The notes: generated from the letters alone by a model not told the origin. A stretch of DNA of 64,000 nucleotides from Octopus bimaculoides (GCF_001194135.2 NC_068983.1:109690907-109754906); one strand, 5' to 3'; shown: positions 52,306-64,000, counted from the stretch's first letter. Numbers and translations are program-made.

Positions 52306-53129
52306 TCTGAATTTCTGCTTCTGAAATTTGTTTCAAATATAATGCTGTTTTAGCAAATCACTTGTTCAACTATATGCCAACTACTGCAATTTCAAATTTA
52401 AGTCAAAGTAAAAATAAGTGAACTTACACAATTATATTTTTCTATTTATGAGTAATAAAAAGAAAATTTCATTATTTTCCAAAAGTTCCTCTGAACTAAG
52501 AACCAAATACGTGAGTGAGCCAGCCATTTCATGATTTATATATCTTGCCTGTTTCCATCAGCATTATAAAAATTCATTCTCCAATCAAATTCATTTTATA
52601 GATTGCAAAAATTTTACTATAGATAGTTTCTACTATGTAGTTATAAAGGAAAAAATATTATGAAATCAAAACTGTTCAAGTGTTTTCTCTTTGTAATAGC
52701 AGCATACAAAATTATAATAGCAGCATACGAAATTATAATTCAACCTTGTCACAGTATTTTAACTGAACTGAATATAGTAGTTAGCCAATACCAATACATT
52801 GTGTAGCCATTGGTCAGTTCTGATTGAGAAGGCCTATGAATAAAGACGTTTCAGCATGATTATCCGGTCTTTTTGTATCTCTTTCATCACTTGAAATATG
52901 TTAAATCTAAAAGTGAGCTAACTAGATGTCAATTCATAACTTTTTCTTTTCTTCTTGTTTATGTTAATTTTAGGATTACATTTATTTTATTTAGTTCTTG
53001 CTATAGATATATTTAGGACTCCACCCATTCGTTATCAAATGCCATAATTGTTATGCACGTGTGCTCAAGCTGTTTTCATACTCATACAGGTTTCCATTAC
53101 TTTTATCTACTATGTATTTAGACCTATTT

Positions 53130-54480
53130 TTAGTAATAGCAGCCAGATTATGCTGAAATCAATGTCAGACTCACCGATTGTGTTCTTAACATTATCTTCA
53201 CTGTCTCTTCTATTTTCAGTTGTTTCCAATGATGATTCTTTATTTATAACAGAAACTTCATGCCATAGTGGTATATGATTTCCATTTTCACATTATTCGT
53301 GACTTTATTGTTTTAACTCCAATTACAGCTTTCCAATATTCTGCAATCCTAATCTTTAGCAGCTGTTATATTTTCCCCTTGTGCTTGGAATGTTATATAA
53401 GCAATTTTTCAAGTCTCATCTGTTGAATTGCTTTAACTCTGGTAAGACATCTGAAAGATGTAGTGTTACTTCTTAACAATGTTCTGGGGCTATAGTGATC
53501 ACAGGAACATGTATTTTTTTCCTGTAAAATCTTCATATAATGAAGTTAAGTAAAAGGCATGATGGGTTAAGGAATCCAACCTCAATATATTTGGTGCCAT
53601 TTGTTTTCAAAGGAAGGTTTTCAATATTATTTACAATTATTTTATCCCTCTATAACATATTATTTATGATATCAGCATAAATCCTTTGAAATCAGGTTAT
53701 TTTTGAGATAATTCAAACTTATTTTAAAGTTAACTCAAAAATACTTAGAAACAAAAATAAACAAAAAAATCATCAGAGTTTATATAATAAATGCATGAAG
53801 TATAAAGACCACACACTCAAATCATTAGATATTTCAAGAATATTAAATTAATTAAGTATAATAAATAGTTTTATACATTATATTTCAGCACCACAGTATC
53901 ATTCATCAATGAAGATATCAAGAAAATATATTAGAATCCAAGTATAATAGTGCTAGATTGCCTATGACTATTTTCCATCAACATACCATTGTTCTAGTTT
54001 TTCTTGATGTGATTTTAATGTAATAAGCTTTATCGCAAATAAACAGCTGCATTGGTCAAACGGTCATTCAGTTTGTATTGGACCATTGTTTAAGAGTCAC
54101 ATTTAGTTGTTTCTTTTCTATAGTGCATTCTATGGAATTTATACGATGTGATAAAGCATGACTATGTTCCTAGTTCTGGCACAGAATGAAGGTGCCATCC
54201 ACATGTTTCAGACAGTCTGTAGGTTCTTTCAATTGTTTTATTTGAATATTAGCCTGAGCAGGTCATAATAGAGAACCTATGTGCACCATTTCTAATTGTT
54301 GATTTACTTTCCATCTCAAGGTAAATAAACCTGATGCACAGTATCAACATTTCCATTATATTGTCAGGTCATAAGTAATCTAATCAATAGTCTGAAAGTT
54401 CTCTCATTTTTAGGCTGGTTCTGACAACTCATACAGATTCATCAGTTGAAACCATTGTGAATATGTTGATTACATCAAGG
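53130..54480 (-). mobile_element. Highly degenerate Penelope-like element (Poseidon-like RT and GIY-YIG)
   Basis: Remnants LDVINIFTMVSTDES, HIGSLL*PAQANI, LKHVDGTFI (RT); YNIPS, KIRIAEYWKAV, GNHIPLWHEVSVINKE..WKQLKIEE (GIY-YIG); AT-rich interruption at about 53700-54000. Confidence 0.6.
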
Positions 54481-55899
54481 TTTATTATTATTTGACAGGA
54501 TGCAGTGTTTGTATCTTCACAGATTTTTTAAAACAAATTGCTTAATATGAGGTAGTTAAACTCATGAAGGAAGAAATTGTGTATAGCACATAGTAACTCA
54601 GAGTGTGACATGTTCAGCATGTGTGCAACCAACAATTGGTGTAAGTGACATTCATGGTTTGTTTATTTTTGTATGGCCATACAAATGTGGTGAGTTGCTT
54701 TGGTGAGGTATGTTCGTGGCTTTAATTATGTATCTAAATAAAAACAGATCTTACTTTAAAAACAGACTTGTGTAGCTAACCTTTACTTAACAAGGTGATT
54801 AAAATTTTAGTGTAAACCTATTTATCAATAACTACATTAACCTTTTCCAAGCTAACTACAATAACCTTTTCCAAGTGTTATGACTGTCTTAGGTAGAATT
54901 CCAATCGTTCTAAGAATTGTTTCATTTGGGATGAGCAGACTTTCATTTAATTATAGAAGTTCTATTATATATTATTAGAATTTTCCCAATAGCCACCTCA
55001 GCGAGAGCTATGATATTTAAGTAGAGAATTCCCTTGATTGTAATAGTGATTCTTTCAGTATATATGAAGTTATAAGTTGGAAAAAAAGTTGTAATGTTTA
55101 TTAATTGCACTAGTATTGCGAAACAACATGGTGTTTGTAGCTACTTGGAAAAATGACTATTTTTTGTACTGACAAACTAAATTCGATAGAAATATAAAAG
55201 TGCATTAGAAGAATAAACTACAATTTTAGTAATATTTTATTTACAAACATCTTTAAAACAAAATATACAGTAACAAAAAATATGAGTGGTATTTTATTTG
55301 CTGTGAATCTTGTAGCTGATGCAATACATTGTTCGTGACAAAGATCTTACAATTTCAAGGTGGTGCAAAGGATGTAGAAGTCATCCAGTTGATACAACAA
55401 AATAAAAAGTAGAAATTGCAATAACATACGATGATTAACATACACTTTGCTGTCATAAAAAAGTGGAAGTAAACTATCCTAAAACAAATTGGTGTTAATA
55501 CTGCTTCTGTTGCTAATAATTATTTTTAATAGGCTTGTTGGATATTTGTGGCATCAATGCTCGAGCAGTCACTGAAATTCCAGATATTACTGGTAGTGAG
55601 ATTTGGCTGTATGCAGCAACTGGGTGTTTGCCCCTGAAGAGATAGGGAACATTGAAATCACATGATCTGACAGTTCTAGCATCCATAGTAGCCAATTCTA
55701 ACTGGCCAAAGATATAAATGTGAGTGCTTTTATGTACCATACATCCATATGAGAAGTACTCCCCAGGCAAATAATGCAGAATTTGGCATTCTAACAATAC
55801 ATTCATGTTAAGTTGGATATAAAGACTGCTTTTAGGAAATTGTAATAGAAACTGAAAATGACAACAGTGACATCCAATAATTTCATGTAAGCAATGTAG

Positions 55900-56215
55900 T
55901 AAATTTGTTTTGCTACACGTGATCATGAAGGTATGATGTAAATAAATCATCATTAGACCCACATTGTCACCTAAGTTTCTTCCTGACAAGCATCCATCAC
56001 CCTTCTAGTTCTATAGTCTACCATTCAGGTCAACAAAATTGAGTGAATGGTTGACAACTTCATGAGAATAGAAGTTGCCCATATAAGATGCATACCCAAC
56101 AGACATCAAAAATGTTCTTGGTGATATCCAATGCATTATAATGGGCCAAAGTGTTTCATGTGTGTGCCTGAGGACATCAGTCAAGTAGCATTTTTCTGCG
56201 CCCCTTTCTATTGCA
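55900..56215 (-). pseudogene. Merlin (IS1016/ISXO2-like) transposase remnant
   Basis: AIERGAEK/CYLTDVLRHTHETLWPIIMHWISPRTFLMSVGYASY...SHEVVNHSLNFVD...EG*WMLVRKKLR...LFTSYLH, matching GGIERG...TLxPIIxxxIxPGTxIxSDxWxAY...HxxVNHSxNFVD...IEGxW. Confidence 0.75.
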
Positions 56216-56536
56216 CTCAGTACCCTTCATGCTACTATTCTTGGTGATATTTTCAACGTATATATTTGAATTCATTTATTTTCACAGAAATGGGATATTA
56301 TTTATAACATCCAATCCACCAAGTTGCTGTAGGTGAGCATCTAAGTGCTGCTCCTATACACATCTCAGGAAACTGCACCAATTAACCACTGTATTATTAC
56401 TATCTTGCAGTTCAAAACTCATTTTGTGCAGTGGATAGTCTCTTACCTACATGTACATTAGTTGAACTGTTATTGGTAGTCGAATGGCTCTTCTCATGAA
56501 ATAAAATAGGGTTTGGTTACTACTTATATTATTTTA

Positions 56537-56742
56537 ACTGATGGAGCATTTGATTCAGCATGAAGAGATTCGACTAAATACTGACAGATATTTTAATCTT
56601 ACTTCTTAAAGTTTCTGTTCACAATCAAAAGCCAACAACTGAGAAGTCAACATTTCAGGTTGTTATTGTTGTTTATCTCCAGAACAATTCTGATTGCACC
56701 AGCCTATGATTAAAGAGGTATTCCATTTGTGAGTCATCTAGA
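56537..56742 (+). repeat. ~200-bp unclassified interspersed repeat, second copy at 58199-58386
   Basis: Both begin ACTGATGGAGCATTTGATTCAGCATGAAGAGATTC and are colinear to CATCTAGA; the second has an internal deletion. Confidence 0.85.
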
Positions 56743-58198
56743 CAAAGAATGAAATATGAGGATTATATCACGATGACTGTTAAATTTGTATATTGCTCCC
56801 TCAAAATCTTGTGGGCTCCTAATGATCCATTTTCATATGGCTCCTGAAAGTGCAGAATATGACCCACTTTAGGGGCTATGTTTCTCCAAGTGGAGAATCC
56901 CTGGAACCAAACAAATTGTTGTGAGATAATGCAATTTCTGAGATAAGATATTAAATCATTTTATGGATATTCAACTCAGTTACTAGTTCTTTTTTTTTCT
57001 CTTTAGTGAATCACTGTATGTTAGGTAAATGAACCTACTGTAGTTTCTACAGCAGAGAAATTAATACCACATAAAATGACACATATTTGTTTCATGAGAT
57101 TGTGATATAATGATCACAGCATTAAACTTCTTATAAGGTTTAATGAGAATGACTTTAAGGTACATGACAAATGGAAATTAGATTGCTTGAAATTTAATGA
57201 TTAAGGTGAAGTTAACAGTCTGAAAAATTCTTCCATCAGCTTCTAATGATAACTTATCATAGAAATTCAGGCCTATGCAACTGAATTTATGTCAATTCAA
57301 AATAGACATCTTAATAAATGCTTATAATAAATATTTAAAAAGACAAGCAACAGAAAATGAATCATGTATTTTCTGCTAACCAACTAAATATATCAAATAT
57401 TACACTTTTACCAATTCTATCAATGGAACTGAGTGCAATCAAACTAGTTATTAAGTTTGAGTAGCTACATTTTACTAGAGGGATGAAAATATGGGTGGCA
57501 AAGAGATTCCAGTGATAATGACACAGCGAAATGTTTGGGCAAAGAATGAGTACAGTGTCCAGAAGGGGTGGAAAGATTATGATTATAGGCTTGTGGACTG
57601 TCTTGTCTTCTTGTTCAATCTAAATGATAACTTTATCCATAAAAAACAATTTATCTAATTATTCTTTCCAAAGATTTGCATGTTTCTAAAAGCATATTTC
57701 TGATCTTATTTTCTTGTCAATCTTGATAGAACATGAAGTGAAATATCCACCACCAAGCATCCTTATTTGGTGACAAAGGAGATGAGTTTGTAAAGAAATT
57801 CAATTCAATAAATTGTACTGGCATCCCTGTGTTACAGAAACATTGAATTCCTGAAAATCATGCCACAGTGTGAAATCTCTTAATGGGAAACCTATTTTCC
57901 ATTGACATGCATATTACAAAGAATTCAATGAGAAATATGTGTCATATGGAATTCTGTTAGAGGAACACAATGCTTCTATATTGCAGAGTGTGTGTATATT
58001 ATTTCTTTATCATTTGATATCTAAATGGTAGAAAAGAAATTACAGCAAATATCATTATTTTTCTCAAATATTTTAATTAAGATAGAAATCACACCAAAAG
58101 ATAGCAATTAAAAGTGTATTTTAATCAAAGAATATTTATATGACAGTTGCATGCTAGGCTGAAACCAACCTCAATGTATTGATACTTATTTTACTTTC

Positions 58199-58386
58199 AC
58201 TGATGGAGCATTTGATTCAGCATGAAGAGATTCAACTAAATACAGACAGATATTTTAATCTCACTTCACAATCAAAAGCCAGCAACTGAAAAGTTAACAT
58301 TTCAAGTTGTTATTGTTTTTCTCCAGGACAATTCTGATTGAGCCAACCTATGATTAAAAAGGCATTCCAATTGTGATTCATCTAGA
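58199..58386 (+). repeat. Second copy of 56537-56742
   Basis: See 56537-56742. Confidence 0.85.
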
Positions 58387-58759
58387 TGATATCAGGCATA
58401 ATGTATCTAGATATACATTAACCAATGTGTCTTGCACACTGGTTAATGTTGAGCTTTGAGGGAAATTAGGCTGTTATTTCAAAGCAGGTGAAGCATCCAT
58501 GTAAAAGTTTCTATGTTTACTGGAACATTTTAGGATTTTAGTCATGCTGAATCATTTATTTACATGTTTTTATTCATTTTATACGGTACTATGAATCCTG
58601 ACTGTCAAATTTACATCTTAATGTAAATAAGACAGACTGAATTCACCAGAAAATAACTTATAGTAAGAAAGATCTAGTTGTTAGCATTAAATTGCAAATC
58701 CATTTATGAATCTTTTACTTTTTGATTGTTTCAATTATTGGACTGCAACCTAATAGGAT

Positions 58760-59275
58760 ACTGTTGTGAAGAGTTTACTTGAACAAATTGATTATTTATT
58801 CTATTAGTCTCTTCTTGTTGACCCATTGATTTGTGGAGATGTAATCAAACCAACACCAGTTGTCAAACAGAGGTGAGGGAGAAATACAAGCACACACTCA
58901 CACACACGAGCAGGTGCTGAAAAGTTTCTTGCTTTAAGAGTATTGTGAAAGGCTTGGTTGGAGGCTCAACCTTCCAAGTTCTTTTACAGAGCTTAGAGGA
59001 ACTAAAGGACCACTGCAATAAGCATGTGAATCTGAAAGGGGAATATGTTGCATAAAATCTTAACTAACTGATCCTCCTGTATTTCTTTTACTCAAAGCCA
59101 GGAACTTTTCAGCACCCCCTTGCATACACAAACACGCATGCACACACAACAGCTTTCTTTTAGTTTCTGTCTACCAAATCCACTCACATGCCCAAGATAC
59201 CATGCAGTGGGTTTCAACCACAAACCATGTGGTTGAGAAGCAATCCTCTTACAACAACAGCCATGCCTGCATCTA
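58760..59275 (-). mobile_element. SINE family A interrupted by a mariner MITE
   Basis: 5' half at 59147-59275 and 3' half at about 58760-58900; the MITE sits in the central CA-rich tract. Confidence 0.6.
58907..59122 (+). mobile_element. Mariner-derived MITE (216 bp)
   Basis: TIRs CGAGCAGGTGCTGAAAAGTTTCTTGCTTT / AAAGCCAGGAACTTTTCAGCACCCCCTTG; internal QSLEELKDHCNKHVNLKGEYVA*, a mariner C-terminus. Confidence 0.82.
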
Positions 59276-59817
59276 TTACAAATTTGTTTAGATCTTTCAG
59301 CGTATAACTCTACTAATACTATGTGAATAACGTATAGTCTAAAGCCAAATACCATTACAAATTATGATATTAAATATTTGGTCATATGTGTACATGGCAT
59401 TAATAACTACATATCAGCTTGCATACTCAGTTTAATAATTAAAATATTTCATAGCCTATCATGATTTGTTGCTATTTATATCATTTGTTGTAGGTTTTGA
59501 AATTATACATAATTGGAAATCAGAGTGAACATCAAAACAACTGTTACATACAGAAAGACAAATAAATAAGAACAGAGAAATACATTTCAAGGATGGAGTC
59601 ATGGTTATAGAGAAATTCTTTAATGTGGTAGACTGATAAATTGATCTTTTCTTGATTTTAATCACCTTTTTGTGAAATAGAGTATAGTTCACACACACAA
59701 TTTATTAAAAAATATAACACACACACATACACACATGCATACACATACATGTATATATAAAAGCATATATTTACATATATATGAACAAATATTTATATAT
59801 ACATACTGACATGCACA

Positions 59818-59838
59818 CACATATATAATACATATATG

Positions 59839-59872
<34 letters not shown>

Positions 59873-59883
59873 ATACATATATG

Positions 59884-59917
<34 letters not shown>

Positions 59918-59934
59918 ATACATATATGCTTACA
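59818..59934. repeat. Minisatellite ATAATACATATATGCTTA+(CA)n, at least 3 units, running into a gap
   Basis: Three repeats of ATAATACATATATGCTTACA separated by (CA)n. Confidence 0.85.
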
Positions 59935-60839
59935 NNNNNNNNNNNNNNNNNNNNNNNNNNNNNNNNNNNNNNNNNNNNNNNNNNNNNNNNNNNNNNNNNN
60001 NNNNNNNNNNNNNNNNNNNNNNNNNNNNNNNNNNNNNNNNNNNNNNNNNNNNNNNNNNNNNNNNNNNNNNNNNNNNNNNNNNNNNNNNNNNNNNNNNNNN
60101 NNNNNNNNNNNNNNNNNNNNNNNNNNNNNNNNNNNNNNNNNNNNNNNNNNNNNNNNNNNNNNNNNNNNNNNNNNNNNNNNNNNNNNNNNNNNNNNNNNNN
60201 NNNNNNNNNNNNNNNNNNNNNNNNNNNNNNNNNNNNNNNNNNNNNNNNNNNNNNNNNAGGAGCTTCCAGTTTCACCAAAACCTGCTCTCACCATCCTTAC
60301 CCCATCACCGTTGGGCTTGTGTAAAAAAAAGGGGGGGGGGAGGAATTTGGATCCAAATGAAACCAACCAATGATGTGAGTTTATTTAGGGTGGAGATCTC
60401 TTTGCCAAGGGGATCCCCACGCACTATGCTTCAAAATCTTTCTGCCATGGCACTACCAAGAATGACATGTGAGTTCCAGATGATGGGTTGCTATGGAATG
60501 CCACTAGCTCCAATGTTATTAGAGTTGTGCCTTTGTAGCCATTCTGTCTGGCATTGCTTTCTATTGCTATGATTAATCGTTGAGTTCAGAGATCTAGCTT
60601 CCTCCGTTTGATCCACTGTTGGGGTCTTAGTTTGGTGTGGTAAGGGATAAGGACAGCACTCCTGTGCCCCTGTTTGAACACATCTTGTTTTTAGTTCTGA
60701 TGGGTGCCCTCACACCCTCTTCCAAGATGTAGCAAGCTGAACCAAGAGGGGAACCGATGACCTGTAAATAACTGAGAAGAATGAGAGTACATGGTTGACA
60801 TTGTCTCCAGGAAGTGACCTCAACACCATATACACACAT

Positions 60840-60879
<40 letters not shown>

Positions 60880-60890
60880 GTATACATGTA

Positions 60891-61265
60891 TCGTCTTGGC
60901 ACTCTGTTGGTTACGACGATGAAGGTTCCAGTTGATCTGATCAAGGGAACAGCTTGCTCATGAAATTAACATGCAAGTGGCTGAGCACCCCACAGACACA
61001 TGTACCCATAATGTAGTTCTCAGGGAGATTCAGCGTGACACAGAGTGTGACAAGGTTGGCCCTTTGAAATACAGGTACAACAGAAACAGAAAGAAAGAGT
61101 GAGAGAAAGAGTACAGCAGTGTTCGTAACCACACCCCGCTGGGGCCTCGTGGAGCTTTAGGTGTTTTCGCTCAATAAACACTCACAACGCCAGGTCTGGG
61201 AATTGAAACTGTGATCCTATGACTGCGTGTCCGCTGCCCTAACCACTGGGCCATTGCGCATCCAC
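60891..61265 (-). mobile_element. tRNA-derived SINE family C, near full length
   Basis: Head GTGGATGCGCAATGGCCCAGTGGTTAGGGCAGCGGAC...GTTTCAATTCCC; same family as 1868-1972. Confidence 0.8.
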
Positions 61266-62296
61266 TATATANNNNNNNNNNNNNNNNNNNNNNNNNNNNN
61301 NNNNNNNNNNNNNNNNNNNNNNNNNNNNNNNNNNNNNNNNNNNNNNNNNNNNNNNNNNNNNNNNNNNNNNNNNNNNNNNNNNNNNNNNNNNNNNNNNNNN
61401 NNNNNNNNNNNNNNNNNNNNNACATACATACATACACACATACATATATAGATATACACTAGCAAAATGACTACCCTCCAGGCAGTTTTCTGCTAGCCAC
61501 TTGATAATATTTTCAGTCAATTCCCAGTTCTAATAATTCTTATATTTCACATCTAATTGTTTCTTCATATAATACAGTTCACTTGCTTATTAAATATTGC
61601 TTTCATTATTTTATCACAGTCATAATCTCGCTTTTTTAAACAAACATCAAGGTAGCCTAGCTACAGAAGGGGAGGCAGTTTGTAAAGTTTTACCTTCTCC
61701 TCAAAGCAACATAGAGATTTCAATTCAGCAGCCCATCTGTAAGCTTTGCAGTATGTGTGTGACAGAGAGGGGTGGAGAGAGAACATTGCAAACAATGAAT
61801 GAAATAAACATGAAATGAAACAAATCATATAAATAAAAGGGCATAACAACAGATGTATATGCCTCTAAATTTGTTGCCTCATAACATAAAGAAAATGGAT
61901 ACTTTTTAATGGAATTTTCTACAAATACCACTTAGATGTTGTAACTTCAGAGGGAATCATGGCAAAGAATTTTTCCGAGGGAGTGGAAAGAGGAATTTCA
62001 GAAAATTCTCATGATCCGACTTCTTTCCCTTTCAAATGGCATAGATTATGATTATAAAGAAATTTGTAGGGAAAAATTTTCCAAGGGGTTGGGGAGAGGA
62101 GTTTCGGTAAAATGGTGTTTTTGATCAGGAAGACTAAATAAGTCAAAACTACTCTGTTTTAACAGAGATTTTCTTCATTTTCTTTGAACCACAGCCTTCA
62201 AAATGATGGGGTTGGTGGGATGGGCATCTTTGTATGAAAAAATTTTTCAAATTTTTTTTACCCTCATCACCTCCTTCATCATCTCACTCCAAACAT

Positions 62297-63030
62297 ATTT
62301 TGGCTAACTTTTTTTACACTTGAAAATCATGGGCGGAGCCTTTTGGTAAAAACTAAAAAGAAACTGTTAATGCTTACAGTGGGATAAGTGAGTGATTTAA
62401 AGAAGATTTGGCTGTTGTTTCAAGCACATCCCAAGACAAACTACCTCATTTTTTAATCACACTCATGTATTCATGTTTTTCAATATTTTTCTCCCCATAA
62501 ATACATTTATATAGTATAAGAAATAATTTTGAAAAATTATGATTTTTTTGCAACCCCACTCCCTGCACCTGATTGTTTCTGTTTATAATTTAAAATACTG
62601 GAGAGCCTAAGAAGATCATTGCTGGCATTTATCCATAGTGATTTTAAAAAAGAGTTCATAAACGATAATTCATTTTAATAGCATACTTTTCTGTTAGAAA
62701 ATGTTTTTGCTTATACATGCATGGCTTCGCTTGATTGAGGTGGGGGTAAAAATTTAGATTACAAATTTTTTTTTTTGTTGCATATATTCCACCAATGGAC
62801 TACACATGTGTTACTTCAGCATCATCATTCCATAAATGTGTTAAACGGGAGAAAAATATTGAAAAAACATCAAGACATGTGAGAGGGAAAACAGAGGGTG
62901 GTTTGGGTTGTCCTAGAAACAACAGCCATGAATTTTTTACCTTTTCCTCTGAAAATATTTACAATTTTTTTTTTTTTTACCATCAAGGCTCCTCCATGGT
63001 TTTTAAGTTAAGAAAAGAAATGGCCAAAAT
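62297..63030. mobile_element. Old fold-back element with ~200-bp diverged inverted arms
   Basis: 62297-62510 vs 62832-63030 share colinear inverted blocks (ATTTTGGC, CATGG..GGAGCCTT, TGGCTGTTGTTTC, TTTTTCAATATTTTTCTCCC, CATTTAT). Confidence 0.7.
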
Positions 63031-63194
63031 TGATCTGGATAGCTATTAATGTAAGGCTTCTAGCGTTCCAAACAGCCATGACAACAAAATCACTTCTTAA
63101 TTTGTTTTTTACAAAAATTATATCAGTATATTAAAAAAATGTCATTTAATAAACAATAAGTGCGACTGATGATGATGATGCTTCTCCTGGTCTT

Positions 63195-63550
63195 TCTTTT
63201 GCACCTGACTTCATTCTTCCAATTCTTCCTTGATAAATACATTGCTCCAGAGCAATGGAAAATTTCCAGTGTCATTTCCCTATACAAAATAGGTGATCGC
63301 ATATCACTTGTCAACTGTTGCCCACTCAGTTTCACTAGACTGATGGAGTACTATGTCAGAGAAACACTCTGGAACTTCTAGAGCTCTCACAGCTTTATTC
63401 AATCCTCACAATTTGGATTTATCCCTGACTCCAGTTGTTGTAGCCATTTCATCAAGTTTTCTGAAGACATCATCTGAATCATTGATGGTGGCTCATGGGT
63501 AGATGTTATCTATCTTGACTTTGTTAAAGCTTTCAATTCTGTACCACATT
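63195..63550 (+). mobile_element. Degenerate CR1-group LINE RT N-terminal fragment
   Basis: PEQWKISSVISLYKIGDR..VNCCPLS...SQFGFIPDSSC...VDVIYLDFVKAFNSVPH. Confidence 0.85.
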
Positions 63551-63551
63551 G

Positions 63552-63682
63552 TGTTCTCAATACTAAGGTATTTTTCAATGTCATTATTCAGGTCACTGCC
63601 TGGAATCAAACTCGGAATCTTGGGGTTAGTAGCCGCGCTCATAACCACTACGTCATATGCCCATTCGATTCCAGGCAGTGAT

Positions 63683-63690
<8 letters not shown>
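63552..63690 (-). mobile_element. Family D tRNA-headed element (minus) with an inverted partial copy (plus)
   Basis: Minus strand GGGCATATGACGTAGTGGTTATGAGC...GAGTTTGATTCCAGGCAGTGACCTGAATAATGACATTGAAAAATACCTTAG; 63584-63610 and 63664-63690 form a 27-bp IR with 2 mismatches. Confidence 0.75.

Positions 63691-63726
<36 letters not shown>
63686..63726. repeat. (AAT)n microsatellite
   Basis: About 13 AAT units. Confidence 0.95.
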
Positions 63727-63727
<1 letters not shown>

Positions 63728-63729
63728 TA

Positions 63730-64000
63730 GAACTAGATAGGATACAACACACACAAATGAAAGAGAAAATAAAGAAAAAATACTATAGACGAGTTAGATC
63801 AAAACTAAAAACAAAGCTCAATGCTAAAAACACGATAATAGGTATTAACACTTTAACCGTCCCAGTTATAAGTTACAGCTACAATATCCTTAACTGGACA
63901 CTAAACGAACTATCTAAAATAGACAGGAAAACAAGAAAAATAATGACAGGATCTAGGATACACCACCCAAAATCTGACATAGAAAGGTTATATATACAAT
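63730..64000 (+). mobile_element. 5'-truncated R4/Dong-clade LINE fragment (post-RT region), running off the window
   Basis: Stop-free frame ELDRIQHTQMKEKIKKKYYRRVRSKLKTKLNAKNTIIGINTLTVPVISYSYNILNWTLNELSKIDRKTRKIMTGSRIHHPKSDIERLYIQ, matching the R4 KEYxRRxRxxLKSKLN..N..A..W...LDRKTRK.MT....HPKSDxxRLY region. Confidence 0.85.

Noticed and set aside
52694-54875. Short tandem duplications (21 bp at 52694-52739, about 24 bp at 54831-54875)
   Set aside because: Ordinary slippage duplications with no further structure.

Overview
Eukaryotic scaffold, strongly AT-rich, with seven N-gaps and many (CA/TG)n, (TA)n, (GA)n, (GAT)n and (AAT)n microsatellites. The SINE/LINE repertoire resembles that of octopus (coleoid cephalopod) genomes; this is an inference from recalled repeat families, not a search. 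I could not identify a host protein-coding gene, rRNA, true tRNA gene or CRISPR array, so the window reads as intronic or intergenic. It is densely layered with transposable elements. Retroelements: RTE, CR1-like and R4/Dong-like LINEs, a LINE with a restriction-like endonuclease, two Penelope-like elements, an internally deleted Ty3/Gypsy element (353-bp LTRs, tRNA-Trp PBS, 4-bp TSD) nested in an RTE, and four tRNA-headed SINE families. DNA elements: a full-length but decayed Tc1-like element with DD36E spacing, two mariner derivatives, a Merlin remnant and several fold-back/MITE-like palindromes. Most notable: (i) a tRNA-headed short element carrying a Penelope-type minimal hammerhead ribozyme, whose second copy shows a Penelope-like inverted partial duplication; (ii) a DD36E (Incomer-like) transposon in an apparently molluscan genome; (iii) an R4/Dong-like LINE abutting an (AAT)n tract inside that SINE; (iv) a ~350-bp tandem array whose units each contain an 18-bp inverted-repeat module. 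All protein and family assignments are by eye from manual translation; no database searches were run.
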